Origin: a virus
Length of the DNA: 64,000 nucleotides
Direction: 5' to 3' (one strand)
IMG/VR virus record: IMGVR_UViG_3300035670_000065
Coordinates: 47,993-111,992 of that record
Shown: positions 19,663-29,721 of the stretch, piece after piece
Numbering within the stretch: position 1 is the stretch's first letter
Layout: each line of letters begins with the position of its first letter
Notes under the pieces: model-generated
The model's database searches: none
Told to the model about the DNA's origin: nothing
The model's input: the letters and a program-made list of their open reading frames with translations, nothing else
Program-made: the position numbers and the translations under genes

Positions 19663-21575
19663 ATAGATACTGATCTTAGCCTATTTCCTACGATTGTTGA
19701 GGCAATCTCTCTAATAGACTTAGAAATTAGGGTTTTTGGGTTTCTCTTTTCGGATCCTTGTAAGAATCCAGGTTGGAATGTTTGATACGGGTTCTTCATA
19801 TAAGAGTAGAAAGCGGTAATCATACCTGCTCTAGACTCTGAAAGACGCTCTACTTTAGCAGACTCTGCAAAACGCCCTGTTCTATTTACTAGGGCGGGTT
19901 TCTTCATATTTCGCTTAATTTGGTCGGCTAGTTGTGAATTAAGTAGGGTCTGTAAATGTACTAGATTCGTGGGTCTGACTGCTGAAGAGCTTGAACTAGT
20001 ACCTACCTTTACGGTGTGCTCTCTAGTTTTTGAAGGCTTCGTTTTCGAAGGCTTGATAGACGTCTTAGTCTTACTACTCCGTACACTATCGATAGCTTTT
20101 TTAACACTATCAATAGCTTCCTGAATACTATTATTCTTCGTATTCTTAGTAACTTTAGGAGTTACAGTATTTCCAGGATTAATAATGTTTTTACCAGTCT
20201 TTATAATACTAGCAACATTTAGCTGTATAAACTCAAGAATACTGGGGCTGCCTCGGGCACCTAGAAGCTCTTGCCCTGTTTTTACACTATTAAGAGTTTT
20301 AATTAAATGTGCTCGTAATTCCTGAGTAATCGTGGTGTCTCTCACTACCTTTCTAATCATCCATCTCGACTGAATCATTGCTGCCCTTAGGCTATCTAAT
20401 ACCTTACTTAGGCGTTTATCTTGTTCTAATTTGTTTAGCTCTGCGTATACTGCGTCATAAAGATCTTTTTGTATTAAGTCCTTCAACATCTCTTCATATG
20501 TAGCAGCTACCGCTTCTTTGTACTCCTTAGTTCTTATATTAGATATAACTTTTTGTACCTCTTGCTTAGCATCTTGCTCAGCTTTTTGTCTAAAATCTCG
20601 TAGTTTAAAGGATACTATATTATTTACATCTTTTTCTATTTTGGAGATGGCCTCACCTATTGCACGAACCTGAGCTCCGGCTTTATTATTTAAAGTACTA
20701 AATTGTAATTCAATAGTAGCGCTTGGGGAGGTAGCTGAGGTCATATTTTTTCTAGCTATGGCCCACAGTTCACTGGTTACAGACAGGTTAGAAGTTAACT
20801 CGTCTAAAGAGATCACGGACTTCATGATACCATCTGTAATACTATCTACACTAGCACTTAGGGAGCCCGTAACTCTATTTAAATAGGCATCGCGAGAGTT
20901 ATTATAGTCCGCCCCCAGTAGGTTTCTTAATCTTAGGGTTAGTACTCCTGCTAAGTGGCCTGCCTGTAGGTTTACATTAATAAAGTCTATTACAGATATA
21001 CCGCTGGTATTTTTATAGTTGCTTTCTGAAGGATGTGTTTCCTTAAGGTACTGTATTACCAGTACTCTTAGTTGGGAGTGATTTAAGTTTTTAAATACTG
21101 CTTCAGTATCATATAGCCGAGCCTCCGTTTTTCTCCCATCTAATTTTAAATCTAATACTTTATTGGCGGTTCCTGTGGCTTCCTTATTTCTGGGGTAGTA
21201 ATTTTTCTTCTCAACTAACCACTTAGAGAAGGTAGGTTTAGAAATATCTGCATCTACCATCCGGAAGTTCTCAAGTAGTGAGGCGGCTCTTTCAGCAATC
21301 TTTAGTAATTCAGGTGAGTCTGCGATAGATACCTCAGAGCCTTTTGTTGTTTGTACATAAAATGTATTAGATTTATCCTTAAACTGTTTGGCCAAGATAC
21401 TAAAGGCATCTATACTAATGACTCCAGTATTTCCTTGAGACCCCTTCTCTAGTGCAGGTCTGAGTACATCCTTAGCATCTAAAGATTTGGTTAAGTCTCT
21501 TCTATTTTGTACGGCTAGGATTACATTTTCTAAAATTCTTTTACCAAGTACAGAAGTAAACTCATTAACGCTCAT
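19659..21575 (-). CDS. Tail completion/neck protein with a long N-terminal extension
   Basis: C-terminal LVNRTGRFAES...YSYMKNPYQTF...RNPKTLISKSIREIA resembles T5-like tail completion proteins; synteny. Confidence 0.7.
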   Translation of the reverse strand: MSVNEFTSVLGKRILENVILAVQNRRDLTKSLDAKDVLRPALEKGSQGNTGVISIDAFSILAKQFKDKSNTFYVQTTKGSEVSIADSPELLKIAERAASLLENFRMVDADISKPTFSKWLVEKKNYYPRNKEATGTANKVLDLKLDGRKTEARLYDTEAVFKNLNHSQLRVLVIQYLKETHPSESNYKNTSGISVIDFINVNLQAGHLAGVLTLRLRNLLGADYNNSRDAYLNRVTGSLSASVDSITDGIMKSVISLDELTSNLSVTSELWAIARKNMTSATSPSATIELQFSTLNNKAGAQVRAIGEAISKIEKDVNNIVSFKLRDFRQKAEQDAKQEVQKVISNIRTKEYKEAVAATYEEMLKDLIQKDLYDAVYAELNKLEQDKRLSKVLDSLRAAMIQSRWMIRKVVRDTTITQELRAHLIKTLNSVKTGQELLGARGSPSILEFIQLNVASIIKTGKNIINPGNTVTPKVTKNTKNNSIQEAIDSVKKAIDSVRSSKTKTSIKPSKTKPSKTREHTVKVGTSSSSSAVRPTNLVHLQTLLNSQLADQIKRNMKKPALVNRTGRFAESAKVERLSESRAGMITAFYSYMKNPYQTFQPGFLQGSEKRNPKTLISKSIREIASTIVGNRLRSVSI

Positions 21576-22144
21576 GACACATCCGCTAAATATAACTCCA
21601 ACACGCGCTGGATATGGGAAGGTAATGTATTCTTGGTAATGTACTCGATCTGTACAGTATTAGATCCAGCATCTCGCTGTGACTTAACTGACATATCTGA
21701 CTTCAGATAATAAGTAATTAGATCAAGACAAGCGACCTTAATATCCTCTGGCAGTGTTTCGTATCCAGCCGTGTACACAACGCGATAGGCATTCAGTTGC
21801 TGTGGTATAATCTCCCAGTTAAGAAAGTCTATATAGCCATCTTCTAAGTTAACTACATAATCTGTGAATTCTACTAAAGCGGTATAAGTAGCACCATAAT
21901 CTGAACTATACTCAACTGAGGAGATAGCTAGTACTGGGAACTCTTTTAAGTAGACACGTGCTGAACCGCTAGCGAATACATCCGTCTTAGCGTCATTAAC
22001 GTAATCTACAAAGGTTCTACGACAAGTACTTTTAACTAATGCAGAGGCTTTAGGGATAATAGATTTAATAGCATTATCTTGCGTAGCACTAGTAATTCCT
22101 ATGTAGCTCTTATATTCTGCTAATGTAACGAGATCTGTTGCCAT
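21572..22144 (-). CDS. Head-tail adaptor/head completion protein
   Basis: LVTLAEYKSYIG...YTAGYETLPEDIKVACLDL; follows the capsid gene. Confidence 0.85.
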   Translation of the reverse strand: MATDLVTLAEYKSYIGITSATQDNAIKSIIPKASALVKSTCRRTFVDYVNDAKTDVFASGSARVYLKEFPVLAISSVEYSSDYGATYTALVEFTDYVVNLEDGYIDFLNWEIIPQQLNAYRVVYTAGYETLPEDIKVACLDLITYYLKSDMSVKSQRDAGSNTVQIEYITKNTLPSHIQRVLELYLADVS

Positions 22145-22192
22145 TTATTACTCCTTATATTCTTCTATGTAGACTTGTTAGAATCCACATAG

Positions 22193-22220
22193 AAGAAGAG
22201 GGACCGAAGTCCCTCTTCGA
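22193..22220 (-). terminator. Intrinsic terminator after the capsid gene
   Basis: gaagagggac-cgaa-gtccctcttc hairpin (UUCG loop on the minus strand). Confidence 0.65.
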
Positions 22221-22227
22221 AGCTATA

Positions 22228-24156
22228 TTAGCTCCACTTAAATGTGCTAACTCCTAGACCATTGGTCGTAGAGATTTGTGTCATACCAGTACGTAGGGAA
22301 GCTACGAATACCTTACGCTGAGTTTCAACTAGATCTTGCGTATCGAAACGTAGACCACGCTGATTACCAACGATGAAGTTACCTGGAGCAAGACAGATTG
22401 CACCGATGTTTGTAGTAGCAGTATTTGCGCCACCAGCCTTAGTTGGGAATGCATCGCTAACTAGAATAGGTGTATTACCTACTGAACCAACTTGTCCAGT
22501 TAATAGCGTAGCAACAGCGCCTACCTTGTCAACTGTCTGGAATAGGGTGTCATCTAGAAGATCGTAATAGATCTCTGTAGAAACAACGAATACTAGCTCA
22601 GAAGGATCAAGACCCCAAGCACCTAGGTCCTTACGTAGTGCACGTAGGTTAGCAATAGATGCAGCACCTGTGTTAGTTGCTTGAACTGCTGCAGTCGCAT
22701 CATAGATAGCAACGCCTTTAACAGGGTCAGCACCAGAACCAGCACCTAGTAGGAATGCCTTATCGACAGCCTTAGCAACACGACGAACCATTGCATCACG
22801 TACGATAGGAAGAATAGCGATTAGAGAATCTTCATCTTCTTCGTAGTTTAGGTACTCGTTAGTCGCTACTTTATATGCGCTTAGAGTAATTTCTGAGAAT
22901 GGGTGAGTTTGTGTAGCACCTGGAGAAGCAGTAGTACCAAATGATGAATTAGCCATCCAAGTAGCAAATCCAGCTTCTGGATTTACAGGGATCTTCATCA
23001 CGTTAGTATTCATGCTTAGGTTACGGAATAGAGGAGCCATAACTAGACGACGGCGAATCTCGTTTTCCATATTTAGAGAAACTTCGGTTTCCCAAGTAGA
23101 AGAGTTGTCAGGCTGGTGAGGAGAAATACGAGCCTTTTCTAGAAGTGCATGACCGTACTTGGTAGCTTCTACGCTCTTGTTCATGATCTTAGCAGCTAGA
23201 ACAGCTAGTTCTTTTTCTTTGTAAGAGATGCCGTCGCCGGAAGTCTTATCGCTGAAATTCATCTTGCTCTTCTGAATAGCTTCTAGTTCTTTAGCTTTTT
23301 CAGCAATAGCAGACTCTAGACCTTCTAGGGCTTTCTTTGAGCTATCTGATTGCTCGTTTAGGCGCTTTTCAACTTCGGCTAGAAGCTTTTCTGCACCGGA
23401 CTCACGTACTTCGATGGCTGCCTTAACAGCTGCATCAATTTCTGCCTTGCGCTTAACTTCAGCTTCAGCAGCAGCTTTTTCAGCTTTTTGCTTGTCTTCC
23501 ATAGCTTTAGTAGCTGCAGCAGCTGCATCAGTAGCAGCCTTGGCAAGTAGTTGTTCAAGTTCTTTTGGATCCATATTCCATTCCTTTTTAATATCCGTAG
23601 CTTGAGGCGATGGAGGCGTAGACTCTTTAGTCTCTTTACTCTTTGCCACAAACTGGTTTTTAAATTTACTATAATCCTCGTCATTTTCGAATGACTTAGA
23701 AAGACTAAACGTACTATCTTGATTACACGGTACTGATACTACTGAAATTTCTAGAAGTTCAAGCTCTTTTATTACGAAGAGATCAGTTACTGAATCATAA
23801 ACAGCATCTTTGACGATAAATCCTACGCTAAAGGCTGTAAGGACTTCGTCTTTTATTAGGTTGTATACCTCTTCCGCTGCGGAAGAAATACGAGCTTTAA
23901 TCCAAAGACCCTTCTCATCAATCCTATGATCAACCATTCTACCGATAGGGTCGTCATGGTCATGATAAGCTAAAATGATAGGATTCTTTAGATAGTTGTT
24001 TAAGGCCTCATTCCATGCGGGCATTGGAATTACGTCTCCGGAACGATCTACTGCAGTTGTATTTGCATACCCCTCAATATAGATCGAGCCTCCAGATTCA
24101 TCATCTCCGGCTGCCTTCTTGAAATACTGGTTTAAGTATAATATCTTATTTTCCAT
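22228..24156 (-). CDS. Prohead protease fused in frame to an HK97-fold major capsid protein
   Basis: N-terminal IEGYAN...DRSGD...HDHDDPIG...AFSVGF...LLEISVVSVPCN protease; coiled-coil scaffold domain; T5 pb8-like capsid. Confidence 0.92.
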   Translation of the reverse strand: MENKILYLNQYFKKAAGDDESGGSIYIEGYANTTAVDRSGDVIPMPAWNEALNNYLKNPIILAYHDHDDPIGRMVDHRIDEKGLWIKARISSAAEEVYNLIKDEVLTAFSVGFIVKDAVYDSVTDLFVIKELELLEISVVSVPCNQDSTFSLSKSFENDEDYSKFKNQFVAKSKETKESTPPSPQATDIKKEWNMDPKELEQLLAKAATDAAAAATKAMEDKQKAEKAAAEAEVKRKAEIDAAVKAAIEVRESGAEKLLAEVEKRLNEQSDSSKKALEGLESAIAEKAKELEAIQKSKMNFSDKTSGDGISYKEKELAVLAAKIMNKSVEATKYGHALLEKARISPHQPDNSSTWETEVSLNMENEIRRRLVMAPLFRNLSMNTNVMKIPVNPEAGFATWMANSSFGTTASPGATQTHPFSEITLSAYKVATNEYLNYEEDEDSLIAILPIVRDAMVRRVAKAVDKAFLLGAGSGADPVKGVAIYDATAAVQATNTGAASIANLRALRKDLGAWGLDPSELVFVVSTEIYYDLLDDTLFQTVDKVGAVATLLTGQVGSVGNTPILVSDAFPTKAGGANTATTNIGAICLAPGNFIVGNQRGLRFDTQDLVETQRKVFVASLRTGMTQISTTNGLGVSTFKWS

Positions 24157-24164
24157 AAGACTCC

Positions 24165-25358
24165 TTACTTCTCCGGATCTTTCGGTTTAGGGCCCGTAGC
24201 GGGTCGTCCACCTTGGTCTGGGTTTGTAGCAGAGCCTGCTATATTTGCCGGTACTCTTATTTCATCCTGACCCGAAATTGCAGCATAGCGTAGCTCTGCT
24301 CGGGCTTCGTTCGGGGTAATCACTCCACCGTTTACTAACGAAACATGATATGTAGCTATGTCTTTTATATCGGGTTGAAGGGCGGATACTGTAGAAGTAA
24401 CGACCTCAACATCGTAACCAAAGAAGCGTTCCATTGCTGACGTATAACGCTTCACAATAGGTACCACTGTCTCTAGATAAAATAGTCTTAGATTTGGAGA
24501 GATATTGGCATTATTTCCACCGTAGATCAGAACTTCCGGTACGCCTAATGCTAATAGAATCTTAATGTCATGGGTCTTGATAGAGTTATCAAAGTCCATA
24601 TCTTTAAAATTTGTGTCTCCGATGCTTTTTAGTTTTAAGCCAGAATCTAGGATCATGGGACGCTTAGCCCCGTTTTTGACGGAGTACTTAGTCATCCATC
24701 CTTGAATTGTGCGATCTTTCGCAATCTGGCTTAGAGTATTTTCTGTTTCGATAACGATACCTGCAATGGCGCCGTTATCGAAAAACTGTTCTTGGAAGGT
24801 TTGCATCTTATACATAATCTTAACAGATCTATCTGCTGCCATTAGGCGACTAGATCCTCTATATACTGAGGAACTGCTAAGATCTTTAATATGTATAATT
24901 TCGCTTGCTTTAAAATCGGTTTGGCCATTGTAAGTATACTTACTTACAAAGGTCTTAGTATCTGGTGTGACTGTAACATTTGCTGCTGGTAGATGGTATA
25001 AAAACACTCCATCGTAGTACAGGAAGATATTACCTTCTAATATAAAATCTGTGAATATATGAGTTCTAAACTCTTGAGCAGATTGGTAAGGGTTAGGGCG
25101 GAAGTTCAGTAAATTAATTAATGCCTTCTGCTTTACACCTACTACTACGCCTTCAATAGTCTTGTCCTTAACATCGAAATCCAGGCTTGCACACGCTGAA
25201 ACAATTAAGTTAGTACCGCGGTTAACGGCTTCCAACTTATCGAATGCTTGAGCATATGTAATACTAGCATCTGTGCCAATGAACATTCCTTCGGCTTGGG
25301 CTATCTGCTCCTGTGCTGGGTTCGCTTTACGAAACCAGTTTATAGGATTCCAGTTCAT
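24165..25358 (-). CDS. Portal protein
   Basis: HK97-type portal (LLNFRPNPYQ, GVITPNEAR), 397 aa. Confidence 0.92.
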   Translation of the reverse strand: MNWNPINWFRKANPAQEQIAQAEGMFIGTDASITYAQAFDKLEAVNRGTNLIVSACASLDFDVKDKTIEGVVVGVKQKALINLLNFRPNPYQSAQEFRTHIFTDFILEGNIFLYYDGVFLYHLPAANVTVTPDTKTFVSKYTYNGQTDFKASEIIHIKDLSSSSVYRGSSRLMAADRSVKIMYKMQTFQEQFFDNGAIAGIVIETENTLSQIAKDRTIQGWMTKYSVKNGAKRPMILDSGLKLKSIGDTNFKDMDFDNSIKTHDIKILLALGVPEVLIYGGNNANISPNLRLFYLETVVPIVKRYTSAMERFFGYDVEVVTSTVSALQPDIKDIATYHVSLVNGGVITPNEARAELRYAAISGQDEIRVPANIAGSATNPDQGGRPATGPKPKDPEK

Positions 25359-25366
25359 GTTGTTCC

Positions 25367-25786
25367 TTAGTAGAACGAGCTAAACATTCCTTTTGGCTTG
25401 TCGTCAACAAGTCCTAAAGCTTTAGCTTTTTGCTTCTCTATCCAACGACACTGTTTATCTGACGTATGAAGTGCGGGCGCTTTTCCAAATACGCGATGTA
25501 ATGCAACGTGATGTTTATTACAAAGTGTAAACACTAAATCGTAGATCTCAGAACGATGGGCGTCAATGAACTGATCTCGGATGGCTAATACTGCTTCGTC
25601 ACTACTAATATCGTGGTTATGCTCTTTAGCCCACTTTTCAAGCAGTAGGGTCAATGAGTTCGTATGGTGCAATTCTAGGTCAACTGCAGAGGAACAAATA
25701 AAGCAAGCGCTCTGTTTCTCGTATGCTGCCTTCGCACCGTCTCGGATCCATTTGACAGCCACCCGCTTATTAGTATTTACAGCCAT
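25367..25786 (-). CDS. HNH endonuclease (T5 nicking endonuclease-like)
   Basis: CFIC...LELHH...TLCNKHH..LH..FG; T5 position between portal and terminase. Confidence 0.8.
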   Translation of the reverse strand: MAVNTNKRVAVKWIRDGAKAAYEKQSACFICSSAVDLELHHTNSLTLLLEKWAKEHNHDISSDEAVLAIRDQFIDAHRSEIYDLVFTLCNKHHVALHRVFGKAPALHTSDKQCRWIEKQKAKALGLVDDKPKGMFSSFY

Positions 25787-25904
25787 TCATTTTTCCTACT
25801 TCAGTTTATTTTTAACTATTATACCCCCGGAGCTAGCCAATGTCAAGAATAAAATTTTTCATGCTCTATAGATACAAAAAAGCCCGCACAAGGCGGGCTG
25901 ATTG

Positions 25905-26456
25905 TTACCAGTTAAAAATGCGGGCTAGTAGCCCTCGGTTCTTGACCCTAGAAAGCTCTTTTAATAGGTGTTCTTCTTTTTCTGCTAATTTATGAAACTC
26001 TACTGCAAGTTCCTTGAACGCCTGGGCATTTTTAATTACCTTCATTTCGGCAATATGGTCTAGTTCCTGCTGTTCTAGTTCTTGCTCTAAAAGAGCTATC
26101 TTATCTTGGTTTATTTTATTTCCATCTAGCATATTAGCAACTGAGTATTTTAGTAGGGGCAGGTGCCATTCCTGCAGGTTAGGGTCGAAGTCTTCCCTAG
26201 TAGTGTTTAGGATCTCATCCGACCAATAGTTATGAATGAATATAGGCTCTACTAAACTAAGGTGATCTGCATGGCACTCGAAAAGAACTTCACCCTCAGG
26301 ATGCCCCTGCCTATCAAATTCAGCTTGCATAGCTTTAGCAGCTTTGCCTTCAGTCATCTTCTTAAAATGCTCTTTCCAACGACGTACTATGTCGTTGGAT
26401 TTGCCTATGTAGTAACGCCCACTCTTGAAGGTGAGTTTATATATTCCGCTAGTCAT
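25905..26456 (-). CDS. GIY-YIG endonuclease-domain protein with a coiled-coil tail
   Basis: SGIYKL...YYIGKS.DI.RRWKEH. Confidence 0.75.
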   Translation of the reverse strand: MTSGIYKLTFKSGRYYIGKSNDIVRRWKEHFKKMTEGKAAKAMQAEFDRQGHPEGEVLFECHADHLSLVEPIFIHNYWSDEILNTTREDFDPNLQEWHLPLLKYSVANMLDGNKINQDKIALLEQELEQQELDHIAEMKVIKNAQAFKELAVEFHKLAEKEEHLLKELSRVKNRGLLARIFNW

Positions 26457-26667
26457 TTATCTTGTTCCATGCTTCAATTAGTATATCTTCGTAGTCTTCA
26501 TAGTAGTGAGGATCGCAGTCCATCCTAAGAGAGGCTCCACATTTCTGACCTAAAGTGTCGGAGCATTGCACACTCATAGATTGCCAAGCCCATCCATAAC
26601 ACTCTGACGCAGCTCCTCCATAATCAACTGAAGCAGGAGATCCACATTGTTTGCAGTTCTTAATCAT
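26449..26667 (-). CDS. Small Cys-rich (Lar-like zinc ribbon) protein
   Basis: CKQCG...QC...C...AWN pattern. Confidence 0.5.
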   Translation of the reverse strand: MIKNCKQCGSPASVDYGGAASECYGWAWQSMSVQCSDTLGQKCGASLRMDCDPHYYEDYEDILIEAWNKIND

Positions 26668-27977
26668 ATTGTAAAGGTATAAAGTGCGTATCTAAGGGCA
26701 TCCGCTATGTGCGACGCCGAGTTGTGAATAGGTTTCTCGCGTTGTAGAGCTTCGTTAGGATCCCATTGGTATTGGTCTAGAGAATCTAAAGTATGAATAC
26801 ATTTATGTAGCACTTTTAAACGACCCTGTTGTACTAGGGTCTGAACGTACGCGATTCCTTCTAGAACTGCCTTGTTTGCTTTAATTGTAGCTATATCATA
26901 GTTGTAAGCTAAGTCAGCTCCGAACTGAGCTGCAGCAGAGTCGATGAAGATCGTCTCTACATCATGCCGTCTAATGATTTCGCGCAGTTCTTTAGCGTGT
27001 TGTGCGGTTGTTTTTTCAGCTTCTAAATAGTCCTCGATAACACAGAACCAGTCTTCTTCCACGTTGTAAGCTATAACTACGAAAGCAGTAGGGTCTTTGT
27101 ACCCTGGATCTAGGCCGCCAAATATCTCGTACTTACCTTCTGGTAGTTCTTCAATTATGTGCTCGGCTTCTAAAGTATAGATTTGACCTTCGAAGCTGTT
27201 GAATGACGCTTCGTATTCTTGCTCGAATTCAGCCTTGGACATGGTCAGCCGCGCTTCGGCAACGTCAGCTTCGCTCATCCTAGAATTCTCTCGCCAGTCG
27301 GCGTGGATCGAGATCCATTCTTTCATGTCTGGAGATACGCCGCGGTTAAAGAACTGGCTAAACCAGTTTTTCTTACCTCGAGGCGTCGAAATGAATATAG
27401 CTTTCGAACCTGGTCTATCTAGGGTCGGACGCAACGACACATTAAAAGCAGCCTCACCGTCGCTACTCAGAGCAGCCTCATCAAAGATAATCAAGTTGTA
27501 GGATCTTCCCACACAAGAATCCACCATTGACACGCTACCCATGCGAATTGTACTACCGTTTGATAGCTCTAGTACGCGTTCTTTAAGGTTATCTCGCTCC
27601 AATTCTAGGTCGAACTGCCGTATGAGTTTACGTTGTAGCTCGAACGAGATCGTCGACAAAGCATAGTTAGGTGACATAATCAGCACGTTCTGGTTTGGCA
27701 CTAGAGCGACCATTTGACCGATGATGTTCGCGGCAAAAGTTTTGCCCAGACGACGCGAAAGTGCTGCGCAAACGAATCTGTACTGAGGGTCATTAACTGC
27801 GTTAATTAATGCAATTTGGGGTGCGTTCAAGTCATCAAAGACTGTACGTGGCTCTGCACTAGTAACAGGACTAGGAAGAAGTTTCATATAAGAATCAATA
27901 GGAAGCTTAATAAACCGCTTGTCCCCAAAGTTAATCAAGTGAGTAGTTGTTACACCCGGTCTACTAACTTTAAGCAT
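26664..27977 (-). CDS. terL: Terminase large subunit
   Basis: Walker A SRRLGKT, Walker B IIFDEAA, ISTPRG coupling motif, GLDPG and HIADALRY nuclease motifs. Confidence 0.95.
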   Translation of the reverse strand: MLKVSRPGVTTTHLINFGDKRFIKLPIDSYMKLLPSPVTSAEPRTVFDDLNAPQIALINAVNDPQYRFVCAALSRRLGKTFAANIIGQMVALVPNQNVLIMSPNYALSTISFELQRKLIRQFDLELERDNLKERVLELSNGSTIRMGSVSMVDSCVGRSYNLIIFDEAALSSDGEAAFNVSLRPTLDRPGSKAIFISTPRGKKNWFSQFFNRGVSPDMKEWISIHADWRENSRMSEADVAEARLTMSKAEFEQEYEASFNSFEGQIYTLEAEHIIEELPEGKYEIFGGLDPGYKDPTAFVVIAYNVEEDWFCVIEDYLEAEKTTAQHAKELREIIRRHDVETIFIDSAAAQFGADLAYNYDIATIKANKAVLEGIAYVQTLVQQGRLKVLHKCIHTLDSLDQYQWDPNEALQREKPIHNSASHIADALRYALYTFTI

Positions 27978-29190
27978 AAACTAACTCACGTAAATCTTTC
28001 TCAACGCAGTCAAATACATATTCCCACGATTGAGGATTATCATATATTTCAACGTCATTATACCACACACTACGTCGTACACCATTACCCCATCTAAAGT
28101 CAGTCTCCTTATACGGCTGCAATACCCAAGTTCTAGCCCCAAGAGACCCAGCTAAATGAACTACAGATGTATCTACCGAAATTACGAGATCAAGTCCGTT
28201 AATACACTCCGCCGTATCAGTCCACGAGCCAATGTCCAACGAACGCACATACGGAGGAACGATAGCACCGGGCGCCAGACTATATAAGTTGCAAAAATTA
28301 GCAAGCCGCTTAAAACGCCCCACACTAGTGCTACGATACCTATCATTAGCATGAGTAGGAGAGCCAGCCCATACAATACCAACATTGAAGCCCGGACCAA
28401 TATCTCTAACACTGAATTTACCACGTAACCAATCTCCACTAGGAATATCACTAAAACACTCGCCTAAACTACAAATAGGGTAGGCCACTAAATCAGACGA
28501 CGAAATATCCACCGCATCCCGCACACACTCATAATCGCTAAAAAGTACCTCTAAAGAAGGGTGGCATTGGACGAATACTCGCTCAAACTTTTCAGCTAAT
28601 AATGACAAGTACCTACCAAACATAATATTATCCCCAATACCTTGTTCGGTTAAAACTACTATATCCTTACCAGGACTAACACGATCCCAGTAGTTCAGTC
28701 CTTCCCGTGTATTCTTTAGCTTAATAGGAGGATTCTTTAGGAACCTAGCACGGTACTCCTCCCAAGCTGGTGGAAATACATCGAGCTTTCCAGAACTAGC
28801 TTGACGTAAAAGAGCAGTAGATAGATTCCAATGCGCTTCCCAGAAATCTCCCTTGCGCATGATAGCCTTCATGTACGTATCTACAGCACGAGTATCGTCC
28901 CCATACATATAGTACGCTAGACCTAAATTGTTGAGAGCGTGCAAATCGGTTCCGCTATTAGGGTCTAGGAAAGGGACTTTATCTTCTAAAGCCAGTTTAT
29001 AGCAGCGTATCATATCTTTGTCTTGGCCTAATGCTTTATAGCAGTTGCCAATATTTACATACGCTTCTTTACATGGATACTCCGCTAATACTTTTTTAAG
29101 CATTGGAAGTGCCCTTTTCACGTTACCTTTAGTTAGGTACTCTGTTGCCTTATTATAGTCTAAGGTTATTTTAGTTAAGTTTTCTATCAT
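27970..29190 (-). CDS. TPR-repeat protein fused to a GT-B (GT9/heptosyltransferase-like) glycosyltransferase domain
   Basis: AYVNIGNCYKALG and ALNNLGLAYY TPRs; EQGIGDNIMFGRY, VGIVWAGSPTH.ND..R, LDLVISVDTSVVHLAGSLG, DFRW. Confidence 0.85.
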   Translation of the reverse strand: MIENLTKITLDYNKATEYLTKGNVKRALPMLKKVLAEYPCKEAYVNIGNCYKALGQDKDMIRCYKLALEDKVPFLDPNSGTDLHALNNLGLAYYMYGDDTRAVDTYMKAIMRKGDFWEAHWNLSTALLRQASSGKLDVFPPAWEEYRARFLKNPPIKLKNTREGLNYWDRVSPGKDIVVLTEQGIGDNIMFGRYLSLLAEKFERVFVQCHPSLEVLFSDYECVRDAVDISSSDLVAYPICSLGECFSDIPSGDWLRGKFSVRDIGPGFNVGIVWAGSPTHANDRYRSTSVGRFKRLANFCNLYSLAPGAIVPPYVRSLDIGSWTDTAECINGLDLVISVDTSVVHLAGSLGARTWVLQPYKETDFRWGNGVRRSVWYNDVEIYDNPQSWEYVFDCVEKDLRELVYA

Positions 29191-29663
29191 TCTTTCGGCG
29201 CTAAAAGTTTTGCTATAAGGCTACCATACTTGGTGCCGTCCCCGCCAAACTCATTCATTTGAACATTTACCTGAGTCTGGACTTTGTTTCCTTGTTTTAT
29301 CTTCTCTAATTGAATCTCCCGGTCTAAGATATCCATTGACATCTTGTGAGACATCTGTAGTAAATCTGCGATATCCTTTGACGATCCGACCTCAGCCTCA
29401 TCTAACTCTTCAAGCTTTTTCTGGATGAGTAAATCCATGACTTGTCGCATTCTAAAGCGATTGTTGAACCCTATGTCAGCGAACACGGAATTAATGTACG
29501 CTCGCACTTCAGGGCGCTCTAGGATCTCTGCGATGTGATCTTTAGGGTAACCTAAAGCATCTGATACTTTTTGGATCGAATTACATCCAAGATATTCATT
29601 TGCGACCTCTAACCCCTCAGGGGAGATCTGTACTGCTTGGGCTGGAGAGGCTACTGGTAACAT
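29187..29663 (-). CDS. terS: Terminase small subunit (T5-like)
   Basis: ISPEGLEVANEYL...SSKDIADLL...YGSLIAKL, T5-like; upstream of terL. Confidence 0.85.
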   Translation of the reverse strand: MLPVASPAQAVQISPEGLEVANEYLGCNSIQKVSDALGYPKDHIAEILERPEVRAYINSVFADIGFNNRFRMRQVMDLLIQKKLEELDEAEVGSSKDIADLLQMSHKMSMDILDREIQLEKIKQGNKVQTQVNVQMNEFGGDGTKYGSLIAKLLAPKE

Positions 29664-29692
29664 AATAGGATAAAAGTTGTGGCAATGATGAT

Positions 29693-29721
29693 ATTATAGC
29701 AGGTTTAGGGAATGTTGTCAA
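29693..29721 (-). promoter_or_regulatory. sigma70-type promoter for the terminase/late operon
   Basis: Minus strand TTGACA-17-TATAAT; similar promoters near 16137-16166 and 25817-25846. Confidence 0.7.
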
